Part shown: positions 1-10,643 of the stretch, in pieces
Layout: each line of letters opens with the position of its first letter
How positions within the stretch are numbered: the stretch's first letter is position 1
Origin: Bigelowiella natans CCMP2755
Lineage: Eukaryota; Protista; Cercozoa
Reading direction: 5' to 3'
DNA: 48,475 bases
Assembly: GCA_000320545.1 (NCBI GenBank)
Contig: ADNK01003468.1
Location: 1 to 48,475, forward strand
The notes under the pieces: model-generated
The model's input: the letters and a program-made list of their open reading frames with translations, nothing else
The model's database searches: none
Told to the model about the DNA's origin: nothing
Position numbers and translations under genes: made by a program

Positions 1-162
1 CCCCCCTGCTTCTGACTATTTACGCTATGATAGCTGGCCCGTTGGGGTCTTTTCCCAATGAGAATCCTAGTTGTGTCCTAATCGTATAATCGGCATGACT
101 CTTTGCTGTGCGTAGGTGAGAAACAGACGTATTTTCCCTTTTCTGCATCGCTACTATGCACA

Positions 163-197
<35 letters not shown>

Positions 198-284
198 AGC
201 GCGTGTATATATAAATTAGCTCCCACCGTAATAGATGTCCACGAAGCCAGTTTTGGTGCGTTATACATGTGAATGTTTGCGAGG

Positions 285-380
285 CTGTACCTCGAAAGAT
301 CGACGAGCAGCCGCTTTGTGCGTGCCCGAAGGACGCAAAATATCCTGAATCACGTGAAACCTATACACGTACAATAACAC

Positions 381-414
<34 letters not shown>

Positions 415-1561
415 CGAATAATATAACAAACATCACTACTCGGTTGCCAGTGAATGAGGCATGCAGGGAGAGGGGTGGGACCTCCTTCTTTAGTATCGAG
501 CTTGCTTTATCCGTCGCATTCTTCGGATATTTTAACAGGAAAAATGAGTTGCCGCTGGCCTTGTCCGATCTGATCGCAATTTACCCGTTCACCAGCATTA
601 ATACAAGCCAATCATGATACTCGCATGCATTGCTCTCCGTCAAGATCAGGTGGGGATTTGTGGGTTATGAAAAAGGTGCCTTATGGCGGATATTCTAGCT
701 TCAATCCAGTCGTTCGTCGATCGGGAGAACATCGAAACCCAGTCACCAATGTCTGCAAAGGGTGTGGCGTTGGATGACGACGATGCTGTACTCCATTTTA
801 CAGGCAACGAGGGCATCAATGGAGGGGAAACATAACAAACTCGAAGATACCGTTTTTCGACTATGTCTCGCCGTACGAATGATTGAATTGAACTCATACA
901 TAGTCCAGCGGGGGTTCATCAGGCTACAAACGCACAAACTGACCCCATAGATCTCGAATCTGCGAGTCGGATAACACGCCTTCTTGCAGAATGCCTTCGT
1001 CAGCTCTGAACGGCCCCTTGTTGTTTCTTCGCCTCGGTTTCCTCGCGCCCGTTTGTACATAATCCGCTGCCCCGGCAGTAGCATTGCAGTCTTTACTTGG
1101 AGCCGCGGCCTCTGATTTGGAAAACACGCAATCACGCACCCGGAAATACCACTTAATTTCCCTGAAACTAGAAGCGTAAGGAAGAGCTGCCGTATGCACG
1201 TTGGATTTCAAGTCAAGATCTATCATTGGCTAACATAGAGCAGATAAGGAGTGTTATCGTGCAGATGACTGGAACAGGTAACCGCAAGTTCCCCTCCCCT
1301 TCCGCCTGGGTTCGGGCTGGCTGCCAGCTTCCGAATCGTCAAGTCGACAAAATCATGAATTATTAAAAGTTCAGATGTTTCTGGCTTAGAATTTTGACTA
1401 AGAAAATACGAATCAACCACTCCTCTTCGGAGATGCTCATCCTAAGAATATCGTAAGAAAATAGGCTCATCCTCCAACATCTCGCAGTAGACCGCAACAA
1501 AAACAACAATAATAACAACATCAACAACGACAACAACGACGCAATTCCGCTCTTGCGACAT
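285..1561 (-). CDS. Multi-exon gene of unknown function with a Tudor/SH3-like module; 3' end may run off the window
   Basis: Consecutive minus-strand open segments (1223-1420, 924-1226, 646-897) with GT/AG-bounded pieces at ~480-530 (KYPKNATDKASSILKKE) and ~290-340 (DILRPSGTHKAAARRSFE). The segment DIGDWVSMFSRSTNDWIEARISAIR resembles a Tudor/SH3-like beta-barrel (GDxV..S....W..A.I). Start codon and exon joins are not resolved. Confidence 0.4.
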
Positions 1562-1599
1562 ATGTTTTGTGGTTGTCGTAGCTAATATGTAGCTGAACT

Positions 1600-3135
1600 A
1601 TGTCGAAAGTGACTCTCCTTGTTCCGAGAACTCTCCCCGTCCTCATCCCAAAATTCATCAGCATGATGCAGCATGCAGACGGGAAGTCCAAGGACGGGTA
1701 GGAGCAATGGAGCCAGTTATCGATATATTATTTCCACTCTTTCACGCCCCTTTCTATTTACAGTTGTTTTTCATTATTTTTCCTTTGCCTCTTTCTACTC
1801 TTCCCACAGGAAGCAGCGACACAAAGAATTTTCCAAATCGGTTCTGTCGGAGGAATCCGGAGTCAATATCTATGAAACGAACATAGACCCGATCAAGTGG
1901 GATGATAACGCAACTCAGGCGAAGAAAGTAATTCGGGAAGACATCAAGAACGTGGAAGGGGCGGCCCTCCTACACAACGTTCTAACGGAGAGCGAGTGCG
2001 AGCAGCTGGTGCAGGTCTCTGAAGAGCTTGGTTATACGAAAGCGCTGGTAAGCAAATGCTAGGAAGGAGTTCATCACGAAATCAGAGAATATAGAACCAA
2101 CACACTCCGCTTCCTAGAGAAATCATCGTTGAAATGATCCAAGGGGCTGACGGTGAACCCGCAGGTTACGACGAGCCGAGGAATGGTTGAAGACGAAATG
2201 AGGACCAACAAACGTGTCATTTGGCAGACCTCAGTAGAACTCCTCAACAAAACAGGTGTAACATTCAATATTTAACTCTTTGAAGAAACCAAGAGGGTGA
2301 AGTGGAGGCGTTTAACGATGTTATGCGTGCGCGAATTCGATTACGTATTAACCTTCCAATGATTACCAATTTAGTCTGGCAGCGTATCAAAGAGAAAGTT
2401 CCAGATAAGATTTCCATAACGGGAAAGAACACTTTCCATTCATGCGGTTTGAATGAACGCATTCGATTCTATAGATACACCGGCGGTGAGAGGTAACCTA
2501 GTTACTTTCTGAGATGAGCGAATCGCTGTTTCTTCCTATGATCTTACTACGACTCCCTTTTCCTTTAGATTTGCTCCTCATTACGATGGGGCGTTTTTCC
2601 GCAATCGGAGTGACATTGAACGGTCCTTCTTCACGATAATAATCTACCTAAACGACGATCCTGAGAGGGTGGGGGGCGAAACGAGCTTCTTCTTTCGGCC
2701 GAAGGGGCTTGCGAAAGGTCATGAGCGCCTTCGTAACCGTTGATAAATTATTTCAGCAATGCAGGAAGTTTTGTATTTTTGATGGTAGCTTATTTTATCA
2801 TTGTGTCTCCACTCCTCGCAGGGTCCTTCAAGACCACAAAAATCGAGACCTTTCATGGGAGAACAACGATGGGAGTAAATCGTGTTGCTCCAAAGACCGG
2901 AGCTGCGCTCATCTTTTATCACAGGTCACCAAACACATCGATAGTGGCCATTTTACGCTTTGTTGCCCACAGGGTACCGCTTTCGCTGTGTAGGTATGTT
3001 TTCTGACGTCGTTATAACATGTTTTCATGCAGCCATCCACTGAGTCCTCTGCACGAGGGCAGCATGATAGCCAAAGGTTCGAAGTACGTCCTCAGATCGG
3101 ACATTATGTTTAGACAAGAAGGCTACGAAAAATAA
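1600..3135 (+). CDS. 2OG-Fe(II) oxygenase superfamily protein (prolyl-4-hydroxylase-like), about 7 exons
   Basis: Splices in frame to ...LHNVLTESECEQLV...RTNKRVIW...GLNERIRFYRYTGGERFAPHYDG...SFFTIIIYLNDD...GGETSF...VAPKTGAALIFYH...PLHEGSMIAKGSKYVLRSDIMF. Contains the HxD...H iron triad (HYD, HEG) and the 2OG-binding K-x-x-x-R region. Stop TAA at 3133-3135; start at 1600 (alternative ATG 1663). Confidence 0.88.
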
Positions 3136-3166
3136 GCAAAGTATAAAAGAGTCGTGAGTTAACGAA

Positions 3167-4655
3167 GTGTGTCAAAGTGTGCCGGGTGTAAATAATGGCC
3201 TAGTTTTCCTAGTTCCTTCTTGGTTCGATGGTGTTCTCAAAACATGTGAATTCAATGACCCATGTTTGTGCAGCAACTCTAGACTGTGTGACATGCTCTT
3301 GTGCTTGCAAGTCAGCTTTCGGTTCATCAGCGCAACCAAACATTCGTTTCAAACAAAGCGACACATCATCATTGGCGCATTCCGCGAAGCACGCACTACC
3401 GGCCTGCAATGATGAACATGCATCTGTGTGTCACAGTTGTGTGCGCGATGACTTTCATCCAGGTTAGCCTAGTGGCGTCCACCATCTGCCTTGTGCACAT
3501 GCCAGCATGGAGGACACCACTTTTGTCCTCTGACATTCCAGCATTGCATTGGCCGTGCCACCTCATGCACTCAAGCACAAACATGCTGCACGTCTCTGGG
3601 TCTAGACGTGCTGCACCAGTGCACATCGCGGCGCAGCCCCAACCCAGAAGCGCATTCGACTTGTTCGGCGTGCTTCTTTGGGCGGGTGCTTTTGTGCACG
3701 GTGCCGTTTGTGAAGCCCACACCCCGTGCAACACCCTGTTGGACAGCCTTTTGGAAAGACAACGGCGTTCAACTGCAGGCGCCAAGTTTTTCACTTGTTG
3801 CAAGTTCGGCAGGTCAACCTTTCCTTCAGGCATCGATCCGAGAGTGCGATGCAAGCACTCCACTCCGAAGTTCGAGTGCCTGTCCGTCACGTGCATCGTT
3901 TTGCTGCCCACTCCGTTTGTCGGGTTCCAGTGTCCATTCCTCCGACCATGTGTCTGAGAGCAAGGGCGAGGGTTTGTCTGGCGTTGAACACTCGCAGCAC
4001 GGGGATGACCAGTCGGGGGGCATTCCTGTTCCTCTTCCTGCGACGACGAGTGGCCATGCGGTTGCAAAACAACAACACACTGAACAATGTCATCTCGAAT
4101 CCCTTTCGTTTCATCGTGAAGAACTCCATGAAATCTTCGTCGCTTCCAGTGTGCATGAGATTGTCTGGGTTGCTGCCATTTTCCCCGCAAACATCAATCA
4201 ATTCTGCAGGGACTGCTCTCCTGTTCTCTTTCTTCGTTTCGACTCAATCGCTTCTGATGTGAGATCAAGACGGCGTGCAAGGTCCTCACGCTCTAGCTGT
4301 CGATGGGCCTCACAGTTGATCCAGATACACATGATGAGGAAGGACACCCTTGAGACTCGGTTCGCGGCCATGTTTTTGAGGAAACAAAACGTGTGTTGGG
4401 GGCGCGAGGGAAGGTGTTTGCCTTCGGTCGACTGTTCCATGAAGGGAGCAAAATGTGTTGTCGCACTATACAAAATCAAGGTGAAATGACTGTGTTTAGT
4501 TTTCAACAATTTCCGTCCGAAGGTGGTGCATCGGAAATCATCGAAATCCATCCTGGACGGATTTCGTCGATTTCCAAACGGTGGATCACACCCCAGTCAA
4601 AAGATGCGGGGAAATCCTCGAAATTTGGCCCTTTACGCCATGCACATTGAAGCAC
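3167..4655 (-). mobile_element. Decayed PIF/Harbinger-like (DDE_Tnp_4-type) DNA transposon remnant with a frameshifted transposase pseudogene
   Basis: Joining minus-strand frames gives ...TGSDEDFMEFFTMKRKGFE...ARQTLALALRHMVGG...DRHSNFGVECLHRTL..MPEGKVDLP...LAPAVERRC...GVWGF(T/N)GT..K..RPK...EQ...SRVAAQTWVIEF. This is the order of HTH, GxxDGT...RP and R..EW motifs seen in Harbinger/DDE_Tnp_4 transposases. Multiple frameshifts. Possible degenerate TIRs at 3167-3200 and 4627-4655. Confidence 0.65.
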
Positions 4656-5092
4656 GTCGTTGTTGCTGAAACTACATGCCAAGAAAGAAACACCAAAACC
4701 TCTCAAAATGACAAAGGTCAGCAACATCAGTACATCAGTAGCTCAAATTTGATTACGTAGAGACCAATTTTGATTTTGTCGCAGATGGAAGATGAATTGC
4801 GCTTTGTGGAGAATCGATTGACAATTTGATTCGTTTCTGTCCGAATAGCTAGAATTTCTTCTGACCCCAACCCATCCGCGGAGGATTCCTCTGTCACACT
4901 AGTTTAGGATGATCCAGGAGCGCCCACACCGCTTTCTTCTCTCATTGTTCGTCTTTGCATGTGCTGAGGCCGCATGGACTGGACAGATGCTTAACTCGGA
5001 GGTTGAAATGAAGTTTCGAAGGATTTGTGTTCAACGTATTCCTTGTGAAGATGTTAAACTTACAGACTAATAACGTGTGAAAGGAACGATCC

Positions 5093-5782
5093 ATGGATGA
5101 AAACTACCATCAAAACAAAGAAAGAGGTTCAGTGTTAGTCGTTGGCCATGGGGGAGGCGGTACAACCGCCTTTTTAAAAACAATGCACAAATTGGGCTTC
5201 GAGACGAACTCGGAGAAAGACTTCGACACTTTGAAGCATGCACCAAGTCCAGCAGCGGAAAAGGATCGTTTGGAGAGTCAGCGGATGAGTAAGCAATTCT
5301 CAAAAGCAGTCTTTGTTTTTAACGACCCCTTGCATGCGACCCTGAGCTACTACAGGAGGAACTTTACTGATCAGTGTTTCAAGCTTTACCCTAAAAACCC
5401 AACTTTTGGGGAAAGCTGCCTCGACTACAGCCTTAGTGGCTACATGCAGAAGGTCGCAGACGAGAGGAAGGAGCTCTATGGTATCGAGCATCAGATGAGA
5501 GCATGGACATCTACCGCAGAAATACTGCCAATGGACACGTTCTTTGTAAATTTTAACTCCATTCTGAAGGCGAATGGAGTTGCTAGAAAACTGGAAGACT
5601 TTCTAGATGTTAAGCGAGGTTCATTAAATATTCCTCCCCGAAAAGAAAGGGCAACTGAATGTGAAACCGAACTAAGCATCTCAAAGGACGACTATGCAGT
5701 AGTTCAGCACGTGTACCACAATTTGTATTCGTGGATGAAACAAGCTGATGGAATGGTGACACGAGGCAATACATCTAAATGA
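5093..5782 (+). CDS. P-loop sulfotransferase-fold protein (229 aa ORF; may have an upstream signal-peptide exon from ATG 4908)
   Basis: VLVVGHGGGGTTAFLKTMHKLG resembles the 5'-PSB loop and VFVFNDPLHATLSYYRR resembles the 3'-PB motif (RDP...S.Y) of PAPS-dependent sulfotransferases. Single uninterrupted ORF. Confidence 0.55.
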   Translation: MDENYHQNKERGSVLVVGHGGGGTTAFLKTMHKLGFETNSEKDFDTLKHAPSPAAEKDRLESQRMSKQFSKAVFVFNDPLHATLSYYRRNFTDQCFKLYPKNPTFGESCLDYSLSGYMQKVADERKELYGIEHQMRAWTSTAEILPMDTFFVNFNSILKANGVARKLEDFLDVKRGSLNIPPRKERATECETELSISKDDYAVVQHVYHNLYSWMKQADGMVTRGNTSK

Positions 5783-6382
5783 ACTCTGTCCTTCTTTCTC
5801 AAGCGTAGCCACTACTTTGTAAGTCAATTTTGCTGCGATATACATGGTTCGTAATCAATGCCTCATTAATTCCAAACTCAGGACACACAGTAGTAAGACT
5901 AAAATCCCAATGAACAATGAGCAGAAGAGAAGGCTAAATCACAATTGGTACCATTATTGCATTTGATCAGACTCGTCAACATTCATGTTGCGCAAATTCT
6001 CATGAGAGGAAGACGCAGTTCTGGAAATCTCTTTGCGAAATTGTATCGCGTAAATAAACAATTTGCATGTCGTAGGCATTTGCGCGAGACTAGATGCCCA
6101 TTGCGCATGCGCATGATCACGGGCATCAAAACACATCAAAACGATGATTATTTGTGCAAGCAGCATGTGATGATTCATGCCTGGGATGATCGAATTTCAA
6201 CGAATACTTCACACAGAAAAACTTCCAAGATTGTGAATTCAAAGTCGAAAAAAAACTTCGTTTGTGGCAATTTGTTTCTGTTTGATCCACCATGTGTCCA
6301 GCATTGAACGATTGTTGATGAACAGGCTCTAGGGCTGTGCAACATAATAGACACAGCAATACACTATATATTGCATGTCTAT

Positions 6383-7289
6383 CATCAACATGCACTGACT
6401 AGACTGACGATCGTCGCCAAATTGCACAGCAGGCTCAACAATGACGATGTTGTGCCATGGCGGCACGATCAACGCGCTTCAGGTGCTCAATCGAGTTCTC
6501 TAGTTCTGTGCAGCAGCTAGCCAGCAAGCTGGATCACCGCGCAGTTTGGCGGTTGCCAGCAGAGGCAACGTGCGTGCATTCACACATGCTGCAAAAGTCC
6601 TGCGTGTGAATGATTGCACGAACGATGCATCACCAGTGGACACTGGTTGAGGAATGTGCGCAAGCGCGCGATGTGCAGACAATCAACTTTGGTGAAGTGA
6701 GGTGCTTGTGTTGCACGCACTTGTGCACGTTGCAAGCGAACACGTCGCACTCGACCAAACGTTCTGGCGTTGCACGTTTTGATCCAAGTGTGGTTTTCTC
6801 ACGTGCAAGTTGCCAGCAATGGGTTGGTGGAAGGTGTGTGAGCCACTTGTCAAATTGTGTCTGATTTCGATCGAGGGTTTCCGTGGCACGTGCAAGAAGC
6901 GCACTGCGTCGTGCAAACCTGGAACGTCTGTGCCTGCATGCATGCACGCTGGCACGCAGCGCACGTCCTAGCTAGCTAGCTGGCTGGGGATCTGTGTGAT
7001 CTGTGATGAATTGACAAGCCCAACACTTTGCTTGCGTTCTTGTGTCTTGGCACCCTCAAACATTGAGCCTTGAACATTGAACTTCGCATTCTGGCATTGT
7101 TGCAAAAGCCACATGCGCAAGAACCTGTGAACCGCATGAGAGAGACAAGGCAGCAAGGAACATTCGACATGGAAAGGTGCCATGAATGAATCCATCGGGA
7201 TGTGACTGATGTGACCAAATGAGTGAAAGCCGATTGCCCTTGAAGATCATTCTGAACAACAAATGTGTTGTTGAATGTTGTCATCATGA
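6383..7289. mobile_element. TpA-depleted degenerate repeat/TE-like block, family unassigned
   Basis: Same composition as the transposase remnant: about 900 bp in which the only six TpA I can find are all inside CTAG. Overlapping Tyr-free, Cys/His-rich spurious ORFs on both strands and no recognisable protein motif. Confidence 0.45.
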
Positions 7290-7516
7290 TACAGAAGTTT
7301 TCGGCTATAAAATTAGTCTAAAAATTGTCATAACATCGAGCTTGAACAAAGGCGGAATACCCCCCATTGCAGGCTTGGGGCGACATCTTGATCGATCCTT
7401 GAGATTCGGACAGGGCGGGGATAGGAAAACACAAAGAGTTCCCAGCTAGGGCATTACGTTCCTAATTAATACCCTTTTGATTTGGAATTGAATTAAAACG
7501 TGATTCTGTGGCGAGG

Positions 7517-9085
7517 ATGAGAACCTATTCCGCCATTGCAGTCGCTACTTACCTCCATCTTGTAATGGTGACGTGCTCGCCTGACACACCTACACCAATT
7601 ACAAGGGTCGTATCCAGTAATGGTGGTCATCGCCTGACGCCAGAATCGTCCATCGACTGGCAATATGCCGAGAATTGTCCCGCAGATTCTTTCGAAATCC
7701 TGCACACAGAGGAGGGGCAAGTGATAGGTGGCTTCGGAGCAAGCATGACCGAGAGCAGCGCGGTGAATCTGAATTCGCTCTCAGAGGAGATGCAGGAAGA
7801 ACTTTTGGAAATCGTGTTTGGAAAGACCGGGGCAAGAGTGTCTGCTGTGAAAGCCACGATGCTTGCGAATGACTTCTCCGCACAGGGCCCATGGAGTACC
7901 TACGACGATGTGGAAAACGATGTCAAGCTAGAGCATTTTTCCATCAAGCGCGATCTGCGAGAGAATGGGACACTCACCTTCATTAAGCGCGCAATTTCTG
8001 CTGGCTTTGAAGGAACCATCCAGGCGTACATGGACTACCCGCCGGACTGGATGTTGGATGATCGCAAGAATCCGGCAAATGCCTCCATCAGGGAAGATCT
8101 ATATGACGTACTGGCGCAGTACTACGCCGCATACGTTGAAGCTTATGCACGCCACGGTGTAACAATTGACTTTCTCGAGTGTTTCAACGAACCGACCGAC
8201 TCGTACACGCGGATGGCTCCTAGCCAGCTCGCGAGGTTTCTCGGGAAGCATATAGGCCCGTTGTTCGATCAGCTGGGGCTAAGGAATAAGACAAAGCTCA
8301 CCTACGGCGGGCAGTGCAACCGAGAGATGGCAGCAGAGTACATACCAGCTATCATGGCGGATCGTGCCGCAGCGAAGTACATGGATGTACTCGCGTACCA
8401 CGGATATGACTGCCAGTATGGCTGCAACGACTCACGGCAAAACTACGATAAGATCTCCCAGGTCCACGAGAAATTCGCCCATATTCCGATGTGGATGACT
8501 GAGATCTGTTACGCGTATAATGGAGACGATCCGAACTGTACATCGTCTGCAACGATGAGTTCGTGCACCGACTATCCTCGAGACCCGAAGCTCGCCCCCC
8601 CTCTGCCAAGGCTGGACTTCGAGGACGGGGCGACGTGGGGGCATAGGATCATTAAAGATCTGCAATCAGGAGCCTCGGGCTGGATATACTGGAACATGTT
8701 CCTCGATATGGACGGAGGGCCGTTTGCCTACTCCCCAGAGCACAACGACGGCCCGGACAACTACCAGCACCCTGTTGTCGTGGTAGACGGTGAATCCGAT
8801 CGTTTCCATCTGACCGGTCTTTTCTGGTTCTTGAGCCACTTCTCCCGTTTCGTCAGACCCGGCTCGGTGTTTGTAAAAGCCAGGGAGCCGAGGGCGGTGC
8901 CGCCGCCGGATGGCGTGTCCATGGCTGCTTTCCACAAGAAGGACAGCGGTGATGCGCGTTATGGCAACGTGGTTCAAGTTGTGAACAAAGGCGCCCAGGA
9001 AAAGAGCATTGCTATCTGCAGCAAAGGCTACGTCGCTAGAATGAAAGTGCCAGGCTTTTCAATTACGACTGGGCAGTGGAAATGA
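7517..9085 (+). CDS. Glycoside hydrolase family 30 (glucosylceramidase-like), secreted/lysosomal, intronless
   Basis: Signal peptide MRTYSAIAVATYLHLVMVTC from ATG 7517. GH30 motifs QVIGGFGASMTES, DFS...TYDD...D..LEHFSI, PPDWM, acid/base FNEP, nucleophile MTEIC, GWIYWNMFLDMDGGP and HFSRFVRPGS. Confidence 0.92.
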   Translation: MRTYSAIAVATYLHLVMVTCSPDTPTPITRVVSSNGGHRLTPESSIDWQYAENCPADSFEILHTEEGQVIGGFGASMTESSAVNLNSLSEEMQEELLEIVFGKTGARVSAVKATMLANDFSAQGPWSTYDDVENDVKLEHFSIKRDLRENGTLTFIKRAISAGFEGTIQAYMDYPPDWMLDDRKNPANASIREDLYDVLAQYYAAYVEAYARHGVTIDFLECFNEPTDSYTRMAPSQLARFLGKHIGPLFDQLGLRNKTKLTYGGQCNREMAAEYIPAIMADRAAAKYMDVLAYHGYDCQYGCNDSRQNYDKISQVHEKFAHIPMWMTEICYAYNGDDPNCTSSATMSSCTDYPRDPKLAPPLPRLDFEDGATWGHRIIKDLQSGASGWIYWNMFLDMDGGPFAYSPEHNDGPDNYQHPVVVVDGESDRFHLTGLFWFLSHFSRFVRPGSVFVKAREPRAVPPPDGVSMAAFHKKDSGDARYGNVVQVVNKGAQEKSIAICSKGYVARMKVPGFSITTGQWK

Positions 9086-9791
9086 CAATGCTGACAAGCT
9101 GCGTATATGCCTTTTTCCTAGCAGTCACCCTAAGCGGGTACATCCTTGATGCCAACTTTTGCCATGTTTTTTTGCCACCAACAGCCGGGTTGCATGATAT
9201 AATAAATCAGGGTCGGATGTGATTTGCGCTCATTATGCAGTCAGCGTACCTGTGGTTGTGTTATTTATTAGCATACATAGGACATATGAAGCTCATGCCA
9301 GACATGTACGTTGTTATTGCACAATAAAGACGACGAAACTATACGTAAAAAACTGTAGAACTGGCTATTTGTTAAATGCATGCAGAACGCAAAAGAGACT
9401 ATACATGTAGGAGCCACGTGCCTTTAATTCTATTCAGTTTCGCGCCCGCATTGCTGCAGTACGGCACACAAGCCATAGCAAGCTCGCGCAAGGCCGACTA
9501 GCCGACGCCACGTGCGTCTCAGCTAAAGCCAGCGTAGCATCACGATGACGCACTTCAGTTGTGCCTACGTACTAATAAATACAAGCATGTACGCCTACAC
9601 GACATGGCAACAATGTCGGAGAGCAACAGCTATAATAATAAAGCCAACTTGTTATTAAGCGCTGCCTAGCCACGCTAGCACGTATATATACAGCGCACGC
9701 TAGCTAGCTAGCATACTATAGGCAGTACCTAGAGTACAGCACAAGCTAGCAAGCAATAATAAATATAAGGCCAACCCATCGTACACGACGC

Positions 9792-9895
9792 GTGCGTGCC
9801 ATGCACACTGGTGTACATACACCAGTAATTATTACGTCGCTAAAAGCGATGCAATAATTACTGGTGTATATATACACCAGTTGCACCGCACGCAC
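9792..9895. repeat. Nested ~104-bp imperfect palindrome (cruciform/MITE-like)
   Basis: gtgcgtgccatgcac-[actggtgtacatacaccagt]-aattattacgtcgc-taaaa-gcgatgcaataatt-[actggtgtatatatacaccagt]-tgcaccgcacgcac. The whole unit is an inverted repeat and each bracketed arm is itself a hairpin. Confidence 0.8.
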
Positions 9896-10643
9896 TATAG
9901 TAGCTAAATAGCTCTGAGATAGACTAGGTATCGTAAGTATATCTAGCGATGCTAGATATATGAGACGGATGTAATGAAATGTTTAAATTGTTTCAATGGT
10001 CATCCTAATGTAGCTATGCAATGCAGCGGCTACAGCGCTTAAATTGTATCTATTTGTTTCCTTGGTCACATGGCGCATACATGAAAATGCATCCTGTTTT
10101 GGTCTGATGCTAGATATATAGGATGCTAGGATGCCATGCAGTCATACAGACCACGCCGCGCTAGCACGATGCACGCGTTCTGGTGTACACCATTTATCTA
10201 TGCGCAGACAGCTATCAGTATCTAGACGACTGTAATGTTCTCTAGCTAGAACTAGAGAAATATGACATCTATATGTTGTTGCAAACTACTTTATTTTATT
10301 TGCGCTACATTTCCTCTCGCACTGACCCATATACAGTCGACAGCATGAGCGCTAACCAAGCATATACAGCGTACATGCAGTGCATATATTCGTACTTCAA
10401 CAACATTATACTTATAATTGTAGCAAGCATTTGTAAGGCATTCACTTCCGAGGAGGTGACAGCGTGTGCGCATCGTGGTAGGTCGCAGAACGCCGCGTTA
10501 TCAAACGAAGAAGACCGACACAGATGAGGAGAGACTATTCTGCTACATACAGTGCTATGAACGGAAACCTTCGTGCTCTACATGAGTGATAAGCGGGGGT
10601 GGAGTGCCGGACGCTTGAAAATATAACTGCTATCATGGGGGTA

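Noticed and set aside
924-943. Candidate 20-nt intron gtcagtttgtgcgtttgtag on the minus strand
   Set aside because: Removing it from the upstream reading frame gives an immediate stop (GCC TGA), so I cannot support it.
3301-4489. Long overlapping ORFs on both strands (218, 264, 332, 178 aa), suggesting overlapping genes
   Set aside because: Artefact of TpA loss, which removes TAA/TAG stops in all six frames. Only the fragmented minus-strand transposase has recognisable motifs.
5066-5092. In-frame TGA just upstream of the sulfotransferase-like ORF (and another near 32148), suggesting TGA recoding or selenocysteine
   Set aside because: TGA is a normal stop in GH30 and the tetraspanin, and Trp is TGG in conserved positions. 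Alternative splice choices or a downstream ATG explain both cases.
3201-7289. CpG-methylation decay or fungal-type RIP as the cause of TG/CA enrichment
   Set aside because: CpG remains frequent in these blocks, and TpA (the RIP product) is the dinucleotide that is missing.
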